DNA of 64,000 nt from Octopus vulgaris (taxonomy: Eukaryota): contig OX597817.1 in NCBI GenBank assembly GCA_951406725.2, forward strand, positions 1,364,001-1,428,000, written 5' to 3'. Position numbers and translations under genes: made by a program. The stretch's first letter is position 1. Each line of letters starts with the position of its first letter. The notes under the pieces are model-generated. The model ran no database searches. It was not told the DNA's origin and saw only the letters and a list, made by a program, of their open reading frames with translations. Positions 12,646-25,441 of this stretch are shown here, piece after piece.

Positions 12646-12711
<66 letters not shown>

Positions 12712-12731
12712 AATCCATCTATCTATCCATG

Positions 12732-12783
<52 letters not shown>

Positions 12784-13125
12784 AATATAAAATGTGACTT
12801 CATTGACCGAGGTTACCGTGGTCTTTTCCGTAGGCTTTTCTTTCCACGGGTAAACCTCACCTGTCCTCCCCTTTACACTTCATATTGACATTTCTGTGAT
12901 AACGATCCCTATTGATCAATTTTTTTTCTCTCCCCCTTTTTTTTAACCCCCCTTTTTTTGTCCTCTTTCTCTCCTTTTACGATCCCTTTTGATCGAAACT
13001 CCCCCTTCATTTTTTTTTTTTTTTTTTTTAAACCTTCAAAAGAAAAGCTCTACCTTGTAATTTGTTCTATCTGTGTGCAGCCCTGTGTGGCTAATAAAGA
13101 AACATATCTATCTATTTATCTATCA

Positions 13126-13165
<40 letters not shown>

Positions 13166-13185
13166 GTCTATCTACCTGTCTGTCC

Positions 13186-13250
<65 letters not shown>

Positions 13251-13274
13251 CCTGTCTGTCCGTCTGTTTGTCTG

Positions 13275-13310
<36 letters not shown>

Positions 13311-13311
13311 A

Positions 13312-13342
<31 letters not shown>

Positions 13343-13353
13343 CCTGTCTGTCC

Positions 13354-13430
<77 letters not shown>
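12446..13430. repeat. Compound (TATC)n/(TGTC)n microsatellite array interrupted by a LINE 3' UTR
   Basis: Direct reading; higher-order unit CCTGTCTGTCCGTCTGTC recurs. Confidence 0.95.
12784..13105 (+). mobile_element. Tx1/L1-like LINE 3' UTR (5'-truncated copy)
   Basis: Closely similar to 29948-30258; ends CCCTGTGTGGCTAATAAAGAAA followed by (TATC)n. Confidence 0.8.
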
Positions 13431-14369
13431 AATATATCCCCATATACGAATATATATAACATACACATATTTGGGTAAGCACTTAGATAGATAGATGGAT
13501 AGATAGCTAGATAGATAGATATATAGATAGATAAAGAGACACACATACATACATGCATGCATGCATACGTACATACATGAATGTGTGTATTTGTGTGCGT
13601 ATACAGATGCTAAATTACCGGCATACGTAAAAAAATTCACATAAGCATTAATACATATGTAAGGGTCAACCGGTACACTTTGATTGCACCTAATGCCCCT
13701 TCCGCATAAAGAGATGACGGAGAAAAATGTTGTCGAGAAAGTAATGTGTGTCTGTTTATGTGCGCGCGTATATGGATATATGTATATGTATGTTTGTATT
13801 TGTGAATGCGTGGATATATATGTTAAGATCCATTGAGAAAAATATAGGGGGAAATCTACAGAACAAAAGATGAGATGTATTTTAACAAGTGGCGTGTGTC
13901 AGAATGTCTGGTAAAGGAGAGCAGCGCTTTATGGTATAATGATGAAAAACAGGAATTGTTTGCGTGAGTGGAAGAGTGTGTGTGCGAGAGAGAGACAGAA
14001 GGAGTGAGTTATAAAGAGGAGGAGGAGGAGAGATAGACAGAGAACGCTAGCGAGAGAGGTGGAGAAAAAACAAAAAAAATTGGAACGGCTATTGCGTTCT
14101 GTGTAATTAGGAGTAGAAGGTAATTAATTTTACACTCGAAGGAAGCTAAAGGGGAGAGTTCAACCATTCGCAAAGTTGTACTTCATCGAAGTAAAAGCAA
14201 AGAAGAAAAAGAAAAGTGTTGAAGGGCAGAGTATAGTATTGAAGGAATTGTGGAGGGAAGTGCGAGAATGGAATGTTGTTTCACCGCCATATTTCCGTAT
14301 TCTTTGATTGGAATAGAGTATTGTCGTATCGACAATTTTTGCAAGCTCCCGAAATAACATCAAAGTGGA

Positions 14370-14433
<64 letters not shown>

Positions 14434-14576
14434 CAGAGTAGAAATAGAACGTGTTATGCAGGCGAGTGGTTTCTGCACCTAAGCTCCCCGTTTGTTCAAA
14501 TGTGGTTACAAGTTCCAATTTCATGATCCAATGTATTACATTTCGTTGCTAATAATTGCTATTATTAGCACTCTTA

Positions 14577-15125
14577 AGGGTGGCCAACTTGCAGAATCGT
14601 TAGGCCATCGGACAAAATGCCGTTCGGTATTTCTTTCAGTTCGTTACGTTCTGGTATTAAATCCCGCAATGGTCAAACTGCTTTTCATCCCTTTGGGGTC
14701 GATAAAATAAACTCCCAGTCAGATTCTTGCGTCGGTGTAAACGACCAATCTCCCCCTCACCTCTCCCCTCAAAACTGTTGGACTCGGGCCTAAATCAGAA
14801 AGCATTATTAGCACTCTTACAGCTGGGTAGCTGGCACAACCGTTAGGATGCTGGGCAAAATGCTTACCGGCGTTTCATCTGTTGTTATGCTCTGAGTTCA
14901 AATTATTAAGGCGGCGAGCAGGCAGAATCGTTAGCACGCCGGGCAAAATGCTTAGTAGTATTTCGTCTGCCGTTACGTTCTGAGTTCAAATTCCGCGGAG
15001 GTCGACTTTGCCTTTCATCCTTTCGGGGTTGATAAATTAACTACCAGTGAAATACTGGGGTCGATGTGATCGATTGTTCCCCTCCTCACAAAACTCCAGG
15101 CTTTGTGCCTATAGTAGAAAGGATT
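14577..15125 (+). mobile_element. Three Nin-domain-type SINE copies (one partial)
   Basis: Match to the SINE consensus; 14908-15125 is full length. Confidence 0.85.
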
Positions 15126-15131
15126 ATTAAA

Positions 15132-15409
15132 AGGGTAAAGACCCCCTTCGGTCATGAATGACCATGGGATTGCACCTAGAAAGTTACCCTCCTAGAAACA
15201 AGTCCGGGCAAGTTTGTTTATGGAAGACCAGCAGTCGCCCATGCATACCAGCCTCCCCTCTCCACGCCACCAGTGTTATCCAAGGGAAAGACAAAGGTTG
15301 ATACAGCTTGGCACCTGTGACGTCGCAACTCATTTCTACAGCTGAGTGAACTGGAGCAACGTGAAATAAAGTGCCTTGCTCGAGAACACAACACGCAGCC
15401 CGGTCCAGG

Positions 15410-15410
<1 letters not shown>
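15132..15410 (-). mobile_element. tRNA-derived SINE with Meta-like central domain (related to 22470-22700)
   Basis: Reverse complement TCCTGGACCGGG..TTGTGTTCTCGAGCAAGGCACTT..CACGTTGCTCCAGT.CACTCAGCTG is shared with 22532-22610. The domain name is tentative. Confidence 0.65.
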
Positions 15411-15475
<65 letters not shown>

Positions 15476-16034
15476 GTTATTATGTGACAGAGCAGTCAAC
15501 GTGACACTGGTGTAAAATATACGAAGCCCAGTATAACCATCATGACTACCCGTCTAATAAGGTTACACCAGGCACATTCATATTGACCATATGTGCGCAA
15601 CATAGTGACCTCATATCGAGATAAACAGTGCATGACCTTGCAGGTGGGGTCCAGTTAGAATTTTCTTCAGGTCGAGGAGCAAATCCCGCTCAAAAGGTCT
15701 CTGAGTAAGGGTTGTTTAAAGATAATGAACAAAACACCCATGTTTCCAAAGAGGATTATCTAAACTTCCAAGAATCCCTCTCAACACATGGCTATGAAGC
15801 TTCCCACTACTTCTGCTTGTGATCAGAGATGCACATATCGTCAGCCACTAAGGGACATACTCAACTGGTTATGGTCAAACAACCGACAAGCAAATCTGTG
15901 GTATTGAGCAGAATATTTGTTGTAGCCCATCTTTTATACCAAGACAAAACAATGTACATGATAACACTTCCAATCAATTAAGATCAGAAGCCATGAGAGC
16001 CACTGCCTGGTACTGCATCAGGGCATTTATTATA

Positions 16035-16102
<68 letters not shown>

Positions 16103-16121
16103 GTTGTTGTTATCATTATTA

Positions 16122-17027
16122 TTCCTTCGTAACACAGTGTAGGTAAAAATGCACCGGAGTCTTTAGTCATCTGTCAAGTCACAACAAGGACCTCAGACAG
16201 ATAATACTTTCCTTAAGATGAGTTTTGTACCCAATAAGACTGCTTTTTGCAAGACATCAATCTTGCATGGGATTTCCAGTTGCCTTAAGAAGTCTTGAAG
16301 TTTCAATGGGACTGAGCCCAACCCACCGTTCACCACTGGTATCACTTTTACATTGCCCTCTCGCATTCCATACAGTCTTGCCATTTCCACTTTCAATTCG
16401 GAGTATTTGGTGATTTTTTCAGCCTCTTTACTCACAACATTCAGGTCATTTGGTATGGCTACATCAATGATCTGACAGTATTTGTCTCTCTTATTCAATA
16501 TGACAATATCCGGCCGACGGTGTTCGTCTGAAAATCATAGTCCCAGAGTATCGTTACTTTTCTATCCTCCTGCATAACTTTACTTGGTACATGCTCATAC
16601 TAGTTCTCTGTTACTTCATATTGGTATTTACAGCACAAGAGCCAATGAAGATACGCAAACACTTTTTCGTGGCGGCGCTTGAATTCTTTTTGTGCAGGGC
16701 TCTCGCATCCACTTACCGAGTGGGTCACATTTTCGACACTCATTCCACAGAGTATGCATTTTGGGATGTCAGAAGTTTTATTGGAGTTATACTTCACTGA
16801 CTTGGTAGCGAGAGCCTGGTCTTGTGCAGCAATGATCAGGCGTTCGGTTGTACGCTTCAAATCACCTTTCTCAAGCCGTGCGCACGATGCTGTATTATCC
16901 TTAACGTCCTGTGTATTCCTTTCAAACTGTCCATGCATTCTCATTTCAAGAAGGTCTTCTTTTCGCTTCTCCTCAGCTCTTTGGTTAAACTCTTCCTTGC
17001 TCATCATTTCATCTACATTTACACCCT
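16122..17027 (-). mobile_element. R4/Dong-clade non-LTR retrotransposon, 5'-truncated relic (CCHC finger + restriction-like endonuclease)
   Basis: MHGQF..., AAQDQAL.T, CILC..ENVTH..SGC, RRHEKV, RPDIV, IIDVAIP, KITKY; (TAA)n-like tracts on both sides. Confidence 0.85.
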
Positions 17028-17055
17028 TATTATTACTATTACTACTACTATTATT

Positions 17056-17293
17056 GAAAAAAGGCACCTGCCATGAGACTCATGGTTATTTGTGGGGTTT
17101 TTCCATGAGCAGCCTTCGAACGTCTCCTCCTAATTGAGGATCACACATTGTTGATTTTAGATCTTGTTGGTCTTGTTTACACGCAAAACCCTCGCAACAC
17201 ACACCCACTCACACACACACACATTCTTTGTTTTGTCCTGTACTGTCAATAATGTTTTTCTTAATGTAAACCCTTGTGGTTAATAAAGAAATC
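17056..17293 (+). mobile_element. Probable Tx1-like LINE 3' end in a (TTA)n tract
   Basis: Ends CCCTTGTGGTTAATAAAGAAA, like the (TATC)n-associated LINE tails. Confidence 0.45.
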
Positions 17294-17311
17294 ATTACTA
17301 TTATCATTATT

Positions 17312-18492
17312 TTCTCTTTATCACATGCTTTGTTGGAACCCTTGGAGTCTCGCATGCGTAGCGGATTTACTACCTGCAGCCTACGGTACCATATTATTCG
17401 TTCTTTTCAGCTATCTAATAATTTCCAGATTATTCTGGCCCTGCCAAGGAGGCAAAACTTTTGTAACACTTCTATTGGGCACTGTATTTCAATTTCCTTT
17501 ATATTCCTCTTGATGCCCTCTGATGCTATTCCCAAGCACCCAACAATAACTGGCACTATCTTCACCTTCTTCACTTTCCATAGCCCGGATAATTCGTACT
17601 TAAGAGGGTTATATCTATCTATCTTTTCGCCTTCCTTCTTGACTATTCGTGGGACAAAGAGGCATGCAACGTCAACTATATAGCATATGTGGTGCACAGG
17701 TCCGGTCTGTTATGATCTAGCACTTGATCTATTTGGATTGGGAAATCCCAGATGATTTTGTTAATCTCCGACTCTTCCACTCTCTGCGGTTTGTGCTCAT
17801 AAACCACATCTTACTTCTCTCTAGCCCCACTTTAGCACAGTTTCCAATGTAGCACTTTCGCAACCTGGTCGTGTCGCCACAACTTGTAGTGGTTTTGGGC
17901 AAGTCTAGGGCATTCGTTCATGATATCGGCAATAGTTTCATCCACTCTGTTGCAGATGCGGCACAGCGAAAACACTTGCTCATTCCTCAGGTTGATCCTC
18001 CAGTTCGTGGCCAAAGCTTGGTTTTGCGCTGCCAGTATAGTGCTCACGGTCTCTTATTTTAGGATTCCTTTCATCAGCCAATCCCACCTATTTTTCCAAC
18101 AACTTCTGTTGTGGCTACATGTCCTTTTTTTGTCCTTCTTCCTTTTTTTCCCCTTTTTTCTCTGCTCTCAATACTCCCTCGTTCCTGTCACTTGCGGTCT
18201 TCCACACTTATTGGTCCTCTTCCTCCATTTGCTCTCTTCATGTAAAGGCGATCAGTGTCTGCACGTAGATGATGGGCTCCATGCATTGTTAGAAGCTTTC
18301 TTGACTTTCGGTCCATCTCCTTTAGCTCCCCTTCTGCCCACTACAAAATAGAACTACTGCGAGTGGGTGCGAGTTTATTGTTGAAATCGTGTTCTGGCAT
18401 TCAGCTTTGAAACCAATATTTTTCTTACTCGCTGCAGGCACTCTCTTTTTATCTTTTCCTCTATGTCGTGGTGTTTGATTCTATCTGCCACT
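17312..18492 (-). mobile_element. R4/Dong-clade non-LTR retrotransposon relic
   Basis: AAQNQALATN, CRIC..ETI..IMNEC, RHDQVAKVLHWKLC, IVDVAC, VKIVPVIVGCLG; frameshifted. Confidence 0.85.
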
Positions 18493-18782
18493 TAGGGCCG
18501 GCTGCTGTAAACGTTAGGACGATGGCCAAAACGACTGGCAATATATAGGTGAATACTTTTACATTCTGAATTGATACTTCGTCAAGATAGCATTGGGGTT
18601 ACATGTCTCAGGCGTTCGATAAACTAAACAAAATAAAATCAAACACCAAGTACAGAATACCAATGTAGTTCGCATGATCCCTCCTACGAAATTTCTAGGC
18701 TCGTATTATATAAGAAACCATTTTTACTATTTTTGTTGTCTTTGTTATTGTTGTTGTTTTTGTTGTTGCTGTGGTTTTTAGG

Positions 18783-18982
18783 AAGGCGAGCTGGCAGAAT
18801 CATTAACACACCCGACAAAATGCTTAGCGGCATTTCGTCCGTCTTTACGTTCAAATTCCGCCAAGGTCGACTTTGTTTCTCATTCTTTCGGGGTCAATAA
18901 ATAAGTACCAGTTGAGCACTGGGGTCGTTGTAAACGACTTACCCACTTCTCTGAAATCACTGGCCTTGTGCCTATAGTAGAA

Positions 18983-18985
<3 letters not shown>
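18783..18985 (+). mobile_element. Nin-domain-type SINE followed by (TTA)n(TAG)n(TTG)n
   Basis: Match to the SINE consensus. Confidence 0.85.
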
Positions 18986-19064
<79 letters not shown>

Positions 19065-19472
19065 ATAGTAGTAGTAGTATTGTTGTTGTTGTTGTTGTTG
19101 TTGTTATTAAATTTTATCTTGTCTATTTTTTTCCTTATGTAGTATTTAGCTTAAAGTGTCACGTCACTTTTGTTTTCTCTGTTTTTATTTCGAAATCTAA
19201 TTTATCACGGTTAACCAATTTGGTGTCATATCTTACGCGAATTAAAGTTGGTGTTGTCATTCTTCAAAGTCCGGTCAGCTATACGATACCAATTGGAGTT
19301 GCTATCTGCCACCTGTTGACCCAGTGTTGATCTCAAATGCTGGTGGGGTCAGCCGAGGAATTAATTGCCTTTCAATGTCAACCAAGAATATCGAGAATAT
19401 TTTCCGTGTATGTTCGTTGTGTATCGTACGTAGGTAATATTACATGCCGCCCCCATACAAACACACATATAA

Positions 19473-19508
<36 letters not shown>

Positions 19509-19591
19509 CACACCTATATGTGCGCGCGCATGTGTATGTATTTATGCATGTACGTATATATATGTATGTATATATGCGTATATATATATGC

Positions 19592-19636
<45 letters not shown>

Positions 19637-19735
19637 GTGTGTGTGTATATATATATGCGTATATATATATATATATAATATATATATATATATACATACG
19701 AATATATATATATATATGTATGTATATATATGCGC

Positions 19736-19778
<43 letters not shown>

Positions 19779-21074
19779 AGAGCAATAGTAATTACCACTG
19801 TTCGAGCATGAACTGAAGAGTAGCAGAGAAATAATTATCTGGGCGGAAATGTAGGCAGGCAGAGAGATTACTGGAAATAAATATATAAATAAACATGTCA
19901 ATAAATAAAGCAAAAGTTGTCGGTTGGCTTGGTAAACAAAAGCAAATAGAAAATTGTAGTAGAGAAGTATAATCTAAACAAACAGAAACATACGATCAAG
20001 TAGCCATGACAGCAAACAGGAAATTGAAGGCGGCCATTGCTGTAAGAGTCATATTTGGCCGACTGAATATTATTATTAGTTTTTTTTTGTTGTTTTCTTG
20101 TCTTTGCATCGTGGTTTGTAATTTTGTTTATCATCGCATCGCTGTCGTTGCGCTGTTGTTAAGGACTTCAGTTAAGTTCTTGATTATATTTTACTCTCTT
20201 AACAGAGACCCGGTATGAGCATCCCAATGTTATAGCAGACTCTACAACGTTGAAGCGTCTAACGTACGCGTTCGACAAGAAATTGTTATTTACAACTATA
20301 CACACATACTCATACACAAATATATACAGATATAAACATACACTCTCGTACGTGCAGACACTCTCACAGGCACACATATTCTTCAGTTACACGAAATGTA
20401 TTGGCATCAAACAGATACTAGATAATGCACAAATTTTACCATTCTACTCCACGTTCCATTTCTGACTTTACTCTACAAGAGACTCGTTTTCGATTCACAA
20501 GATTCCTTGAATACAATGTTTGCCAGTAATTTTTGTACTGTTATACTATTGGAATTAGCAGTAAACATCGCATTAATGGAATCATGTAGACCAGGCAGTA
20601 GTCTCACGCAAATATCTCTTCCCATGAGGAATTTTACACTTTGTGACTAACAAGTCACTCGTGAATATTCTAGCGCGAGTGCTGTCTACAACAGTGAGTT
20701 AGTTATACGCTCACCATTTCTTTAAAAATAAAATGTCCATGGATACTTAGCCATGGATCCGTGGATGCTTGATTATGGATAAAGTGCTGCATAGGTAACA
20801 TATATGACCTACTAATAGCTAGATTGGTTCTGCTGTACTTAATGGATGCTAGTTACCATAGGATGGATTGAGGTTAAGTTTCCCACAGAACTTTAGTAAA
20901 TTTAATTACAGCTTTCATTAGTTTCGTATCTTCAAATGGTAATTTTCATTCGTAGTTCATTATATTTTGGCCTGTTGGGACAAAATGCTAAGCAGTATTT
21001 GCCCGTCGTTGCGTTCCGAGTTCAAATTATACCGAGGTCGATTTTGCCTTTCATACTTCCGGAGTCTTTGAAGA

Positions 21075-21136
21075 CTCATATTGTCGTTGAATGCTCGAAA
21101 TGAGGAGTAGATAGACAGCCGACAACTGACGAAGGG
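21075..21136 (+). ncRNA. Rearranged (non-circularly permuted) hammerhead ribozyme candidate, copy B
   Basis: CTCAT-A^TTGTCG..CTC-GAAA-TGAG..CGACAA-CTGACGA-A-GGG: stem III CTCAT/ATGAG, stem I TTGTCG/CGACAA, stem II CTC/GGG. Confidence 0.65.
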
Positions 21137-21291
21137 TCTTTTCTCTTTGTTTACTTGTCATGTTTTCCGTTCTTTTCTCTCGTTGTTTACGTAATTCATG
21201 TTTGCACAGTTGGTGATGTCCTGTACCCATATATGCACGCACACACACACATGCATGCATACATACATACATACATACATACATACATACA

Positions 21292-21381
<90 letters not shown>

Positions 21382-21439
21382 ATATGTAACATTTTTATCT
21401 ATTTATAATTCTAACTATACGATATATATATATATATAT

Positions 21440-21740
21440 CACCGTGATCACCGTGACTGACCAGGCTATCAGATGTTGCTACACATCGCTGGTCACAATG
21501 CGCTTCGCGTTGTTTACGCCTTCAAATGACGCCACCCCGCTGGCTAAGCGAGTAGGCCAAGAGAAGAAAGAGTGAGAGAAAGTTGTGGCGAAAGAGTACA
21601 GCAGGGATCGCCACCACCCCGTGCTGGAGACTCGTGGATCTTTAGGTGTTTTCGCTCAATAAACACTCACAATGCCCGGTCTGGGAATCGAAACCGTGAT
21701 CCTACGACCGTGAGTCTGGTGCCCTAACCACTGGGCCATA
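21440..21740 (-). mobile_element. tRNA-derived SINE, third family (related to 60200-60590)
   Basis: Reverse complement TGGCCCAGTGGTTAGGGC...GGTTTCGATTCCCAGACCGGGC..TTGTGAGTGTTTATTGAGCGAAAACACCTAAAG; A and B boxes present. Confidence 0.8.
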
Positions 21741-21799
21741 TTATATATTATGTGTGTGTTACGTTGTAAGAATATATTCCATGTAGAACAAGAAGATGT

Positions 21800-21850
<51 letters not shown>

Positions 21851-22395
21851 GAGGTATTACATTTTGAGACGTAGACGTTGAATAGAAGATTCATGTTCTT
21901 TTGACGTCTTGAAAATTCAGTTTTCAAGCAAAGTAATTATTGTACAAATTTCGAGATGATCAAAAAATAATAATGTTCATCCTAACCTGGGCCACTTATC
22001 ACAACTGGACGTAAAGGTAGTGTGGGATCTGGTGTAGGATGGGATATGACATGGTTGAAGATGCAATGAGCGACGAATCAATCGAGTTTGCTTGAGTCGA
22101 GGTCGGGGGCGCAAGACAAATGAAAAAGATGAAACGATACTTCTGTGCCGGAGAGTTTGGTGTGAGTTGGTGAGTGACTTTATGTTCCATTCAATCGGAT
22201 TACTTTTCTTTTGATTTGGTCAAGCAAATTCACCATCTCAGATGTAGAAGCAGTTCTCCATTGAAGAACTTATCTGAAGTTTGCTGAAATTTAATAATTG
22301 TAAGAGACTGCAATACTTTCTGAGCCATGAAGGAAGATTAGAGGCAGTGAGTTGCTGGTAATAAATACAGAAAGCGAGAATAAAGTAAATTAAAC

Positions 22396-22465
<70 letters not shown>

Positions 22466-22469
22466 TTAG

Positions 22470-22700
22470 TGGAGGCGCGTGGCTTAGTGGTTAGGATGTC
22501 AGCACCATGATCGTAAGATTGTCGTTTCGATTCCTGGACCGGGCGACGCGTTGTGTTCTTGAGTAAAACACTTCATTTCACGTTGCTCCAGTCCACTCAG
22601 CTGGCAAAACTGAGTAACGCCGGGGAACACATACGCCATAGAAACCGGGAAACCGGGCTCGTGAGCCTGGTTAGGCTTTAAAAGGGCGCATTTATTTATT
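22470..22700 (+). mobile_element. tRNA-derived SINE (A box TGGCTTAGTGG, B box GTTTCGATTCC)
   Basis: Pol III boxes followed by a Meta-like domain; inserted in (TATC)n. Confidence 0.8.
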
Positions 22701-22828
22701 ATCTGTCTATCTACCTACCTTATATGTATGTATGTATTTATGCATGTATGTATGTATGTATGTATGTATGTATGTATGTATGTATGTATGTATGTATGTA
22801 TAAGTGTGTGTGTATGAGTGTGTGTGTA

Positions 22829-23662
22829 CACGAGGTGTGTTTAAAAAGTATCCGACTTTATTATCTGCCCGCCAAAATTATTGCCACATGGTAAAATCGT
22901 TGTGGTGGGAGCTGACATCACTCTTCCCTGCGCAAGCACGAAAATTTCCGTACCAGGCCGCTTCCGTTTCCGGTTGTTGGACTTAGAGTATAGACGTATA
23001 GTGCACCGCCCATAGGTTTTCATTTTCAACGAGCGCATCGAGCAGAAATATTGCACGGAGTTGTGCCAAAAGCTTGGTGATACTCAAACTCGGGCCATGT
23101 AAAAGATTCGGAAGGCCATTGGCGCTGATACTATGGGCAAAACTCAGATTAACCGCTTCAAAGATGACCGTACCTCAGCGGAGAGCGAGGCATGCTCAGG
23201 TAGGCTATCCACCGGCCAAAACTAGAAGCAGTCATGTAACAATTCAGTAAATTGCCCTCGAAGTGGGATTTAGTACAGGGCCAGTGCATTACATTTTGAC
23301 GGAGGATTTGTGCATGCGGAGAGTGCCTGCGATGTTGGCAAAGGTGCTGGCGGTGGAGCAGAGGCAACTCCATATGCAAATCGCTCAGGACATGGTGGAC
23401 TGTGCAAACCACGACCCAGACTTGATGAAGACTATCATCGCTAAGGATGAGACATGGGTTTATCGTCTCAGCTCGATGCGTTCCGTCATATTGTGCGAAA
23501 ACAAAAATCCGACGAACGCGCACTACATGTTTGTACTCTAGGAGTAACAGCCGGGAACTGATGTGGCCAATGAAAGGCTGATGTCTTCTCTCAACCAAAG
23601 GATTTTGCTCACGTGGCATTAGATTTTGGCGGGGAAAATGGATACTATTTGAACACGTCTCG

Positions 23663-23664
<2 letters not shown>
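22829..23664 (+). mobile_element. Mariner transposon, internally deleted and degenerate
   Basis: Imperfect 25-bp TIRs (CACGAGGTGTGTTTAAAAAGTATCC / GGATACTATTTGAACACGTCTCGTA); transposase fragment HYILTEDLCMRRV...IIAKDETWVY. Confidence 0.85.
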
Positions 23665-23714
<50 letters not shown>

Positions 23715-23845
23715 CATATGTAGACATCCATGTTTGTGCGTATTCATGTAAGTGTTACCTGTACTTATATACATATATTGTGCGCTAAATAAATAATGAT
23801 ATGAGTAGTACAGTAACTTCGCGTACATAAATCATATAAATATGA

Positions 23846-23895
<50 letters not shown>

Positions 23896-24071
23896 AAATC
23901 AAATTGCGATAAAATAAAAATAATTATAATCGCTGGTATTACTAACACAAGCCATATATTTTCCATATATCAGTACATTAAGGCGAAATATGTGCTAGGA
24001 ACACAGAAGCTTGATAAATTAAGTGAAATGAAGATAAAAACATTTACTAACTCGGTTATTCTCATATATAT

Positions 24072-24114
<43 letters not shown>

Positions 24115-24373
24115 TATGAAAGTATGGAACGTATTGCATACAAAAATACATAGAAATTCACTAAGGATATCCATATATTCTTATGTTCAACCGCTATAAT
24201 AAGCAAATACAGGGAAACACTAACATCTAAAACAATGATATGTGAAGATATATATATATATATATACATACATATGTATGGGTATGTGTGTTTGTGTATG
24301 TGTATTCATATATAAATATACATAAATACAGTCGTTTATATTTATCATACATATATACATTTAGAGAGAGCAG

Positions 24374-24419
<46 letters not shown>

Positions 24420-24809
24420 GTATACGCACTATATGTATACGTACATTAATGTATATATTTGATGTGTTGGTTGTGTGTGTGAGTGTGTCGATTTATGTGT
24501 GTATTTGATGTTACAGCGAAGAAAGAGACTATTTCGGGCATCTGTCATGTTTACAGAAACAAACTGCTTTGTAAAGTTAAGAAACCTTAACGAAGTCGAT
24601 CAAAGGAAGAAACAAGTGTATAAAATTATATCAGTAGCTTGTACATCAAAATGGCGACAACCATTCCTTGCTCCGACACCCCCAAAATAACAGTTATTGA
24701 AAGCAGATGTCTGTGTGTAGTTTAAATTCAGTTGCTTTATACAAAGAACTACTAACTACAGGAAGCAGAGAAGTTACAGTGGATGAACGGATCATATAAT
24801 AGAAATAAG

Positions 24810-24890
<81 letters not shown>

Positions 24891-25059
24891 CGGAGTATGT
24901 CAGAAGGGCAAGTATATATATATATATATATATAACGGAGTATGTCAGAAGGGCAAGTATATATATATATACATGTACATACAGACACACACACGTATGT
25001 ATGTATATATGTATATATGTATTTACGTGTGTATGTATACATGTATATATGTATTTACG

Positions 25060-25109
<50 letters not shown>

Positions 25110-25217
25110 ATTATATGCAACTTACCTACTTATATGTAGAGACACGAAGACATAGACACACGTGTATACACCTATTGGGTATGCAGATATGTGTATGTGT
25201 ACATGTAGATATATGTG

Positions 25218-25268
<51 letters not shown>

Positions 25269-25405
25269 GTATATACACATTATATATGTATATATATGTG
25301 CATGTGTGTGTTTATGTGTACATCATATGTACATGTCTATGTATGTGCGTGTACAAATTTATATGCTTATACATACATACATACATACATACATACATAC
25401 ATACA

Positions 25406-25441
<36 letters not shown>

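Noticed and set aside
19337-19798. ORFs of YIYI, LSIY, VCMY, HTHT, poly-N/I/D type here and throughout the window
   Set aside because: They are translations of microsatellites, not genes.
19806-19842. CTGAAGA...GAAA-TAATTA-TC hammerhead-like string
   Set aside because: Neither stem I nor stem II can pair.
22470-22545. tRNA gene
   Set aside because: A/B boxes run into a SINE body, and no complete cloverleaf is evident. The same applies at 60202.
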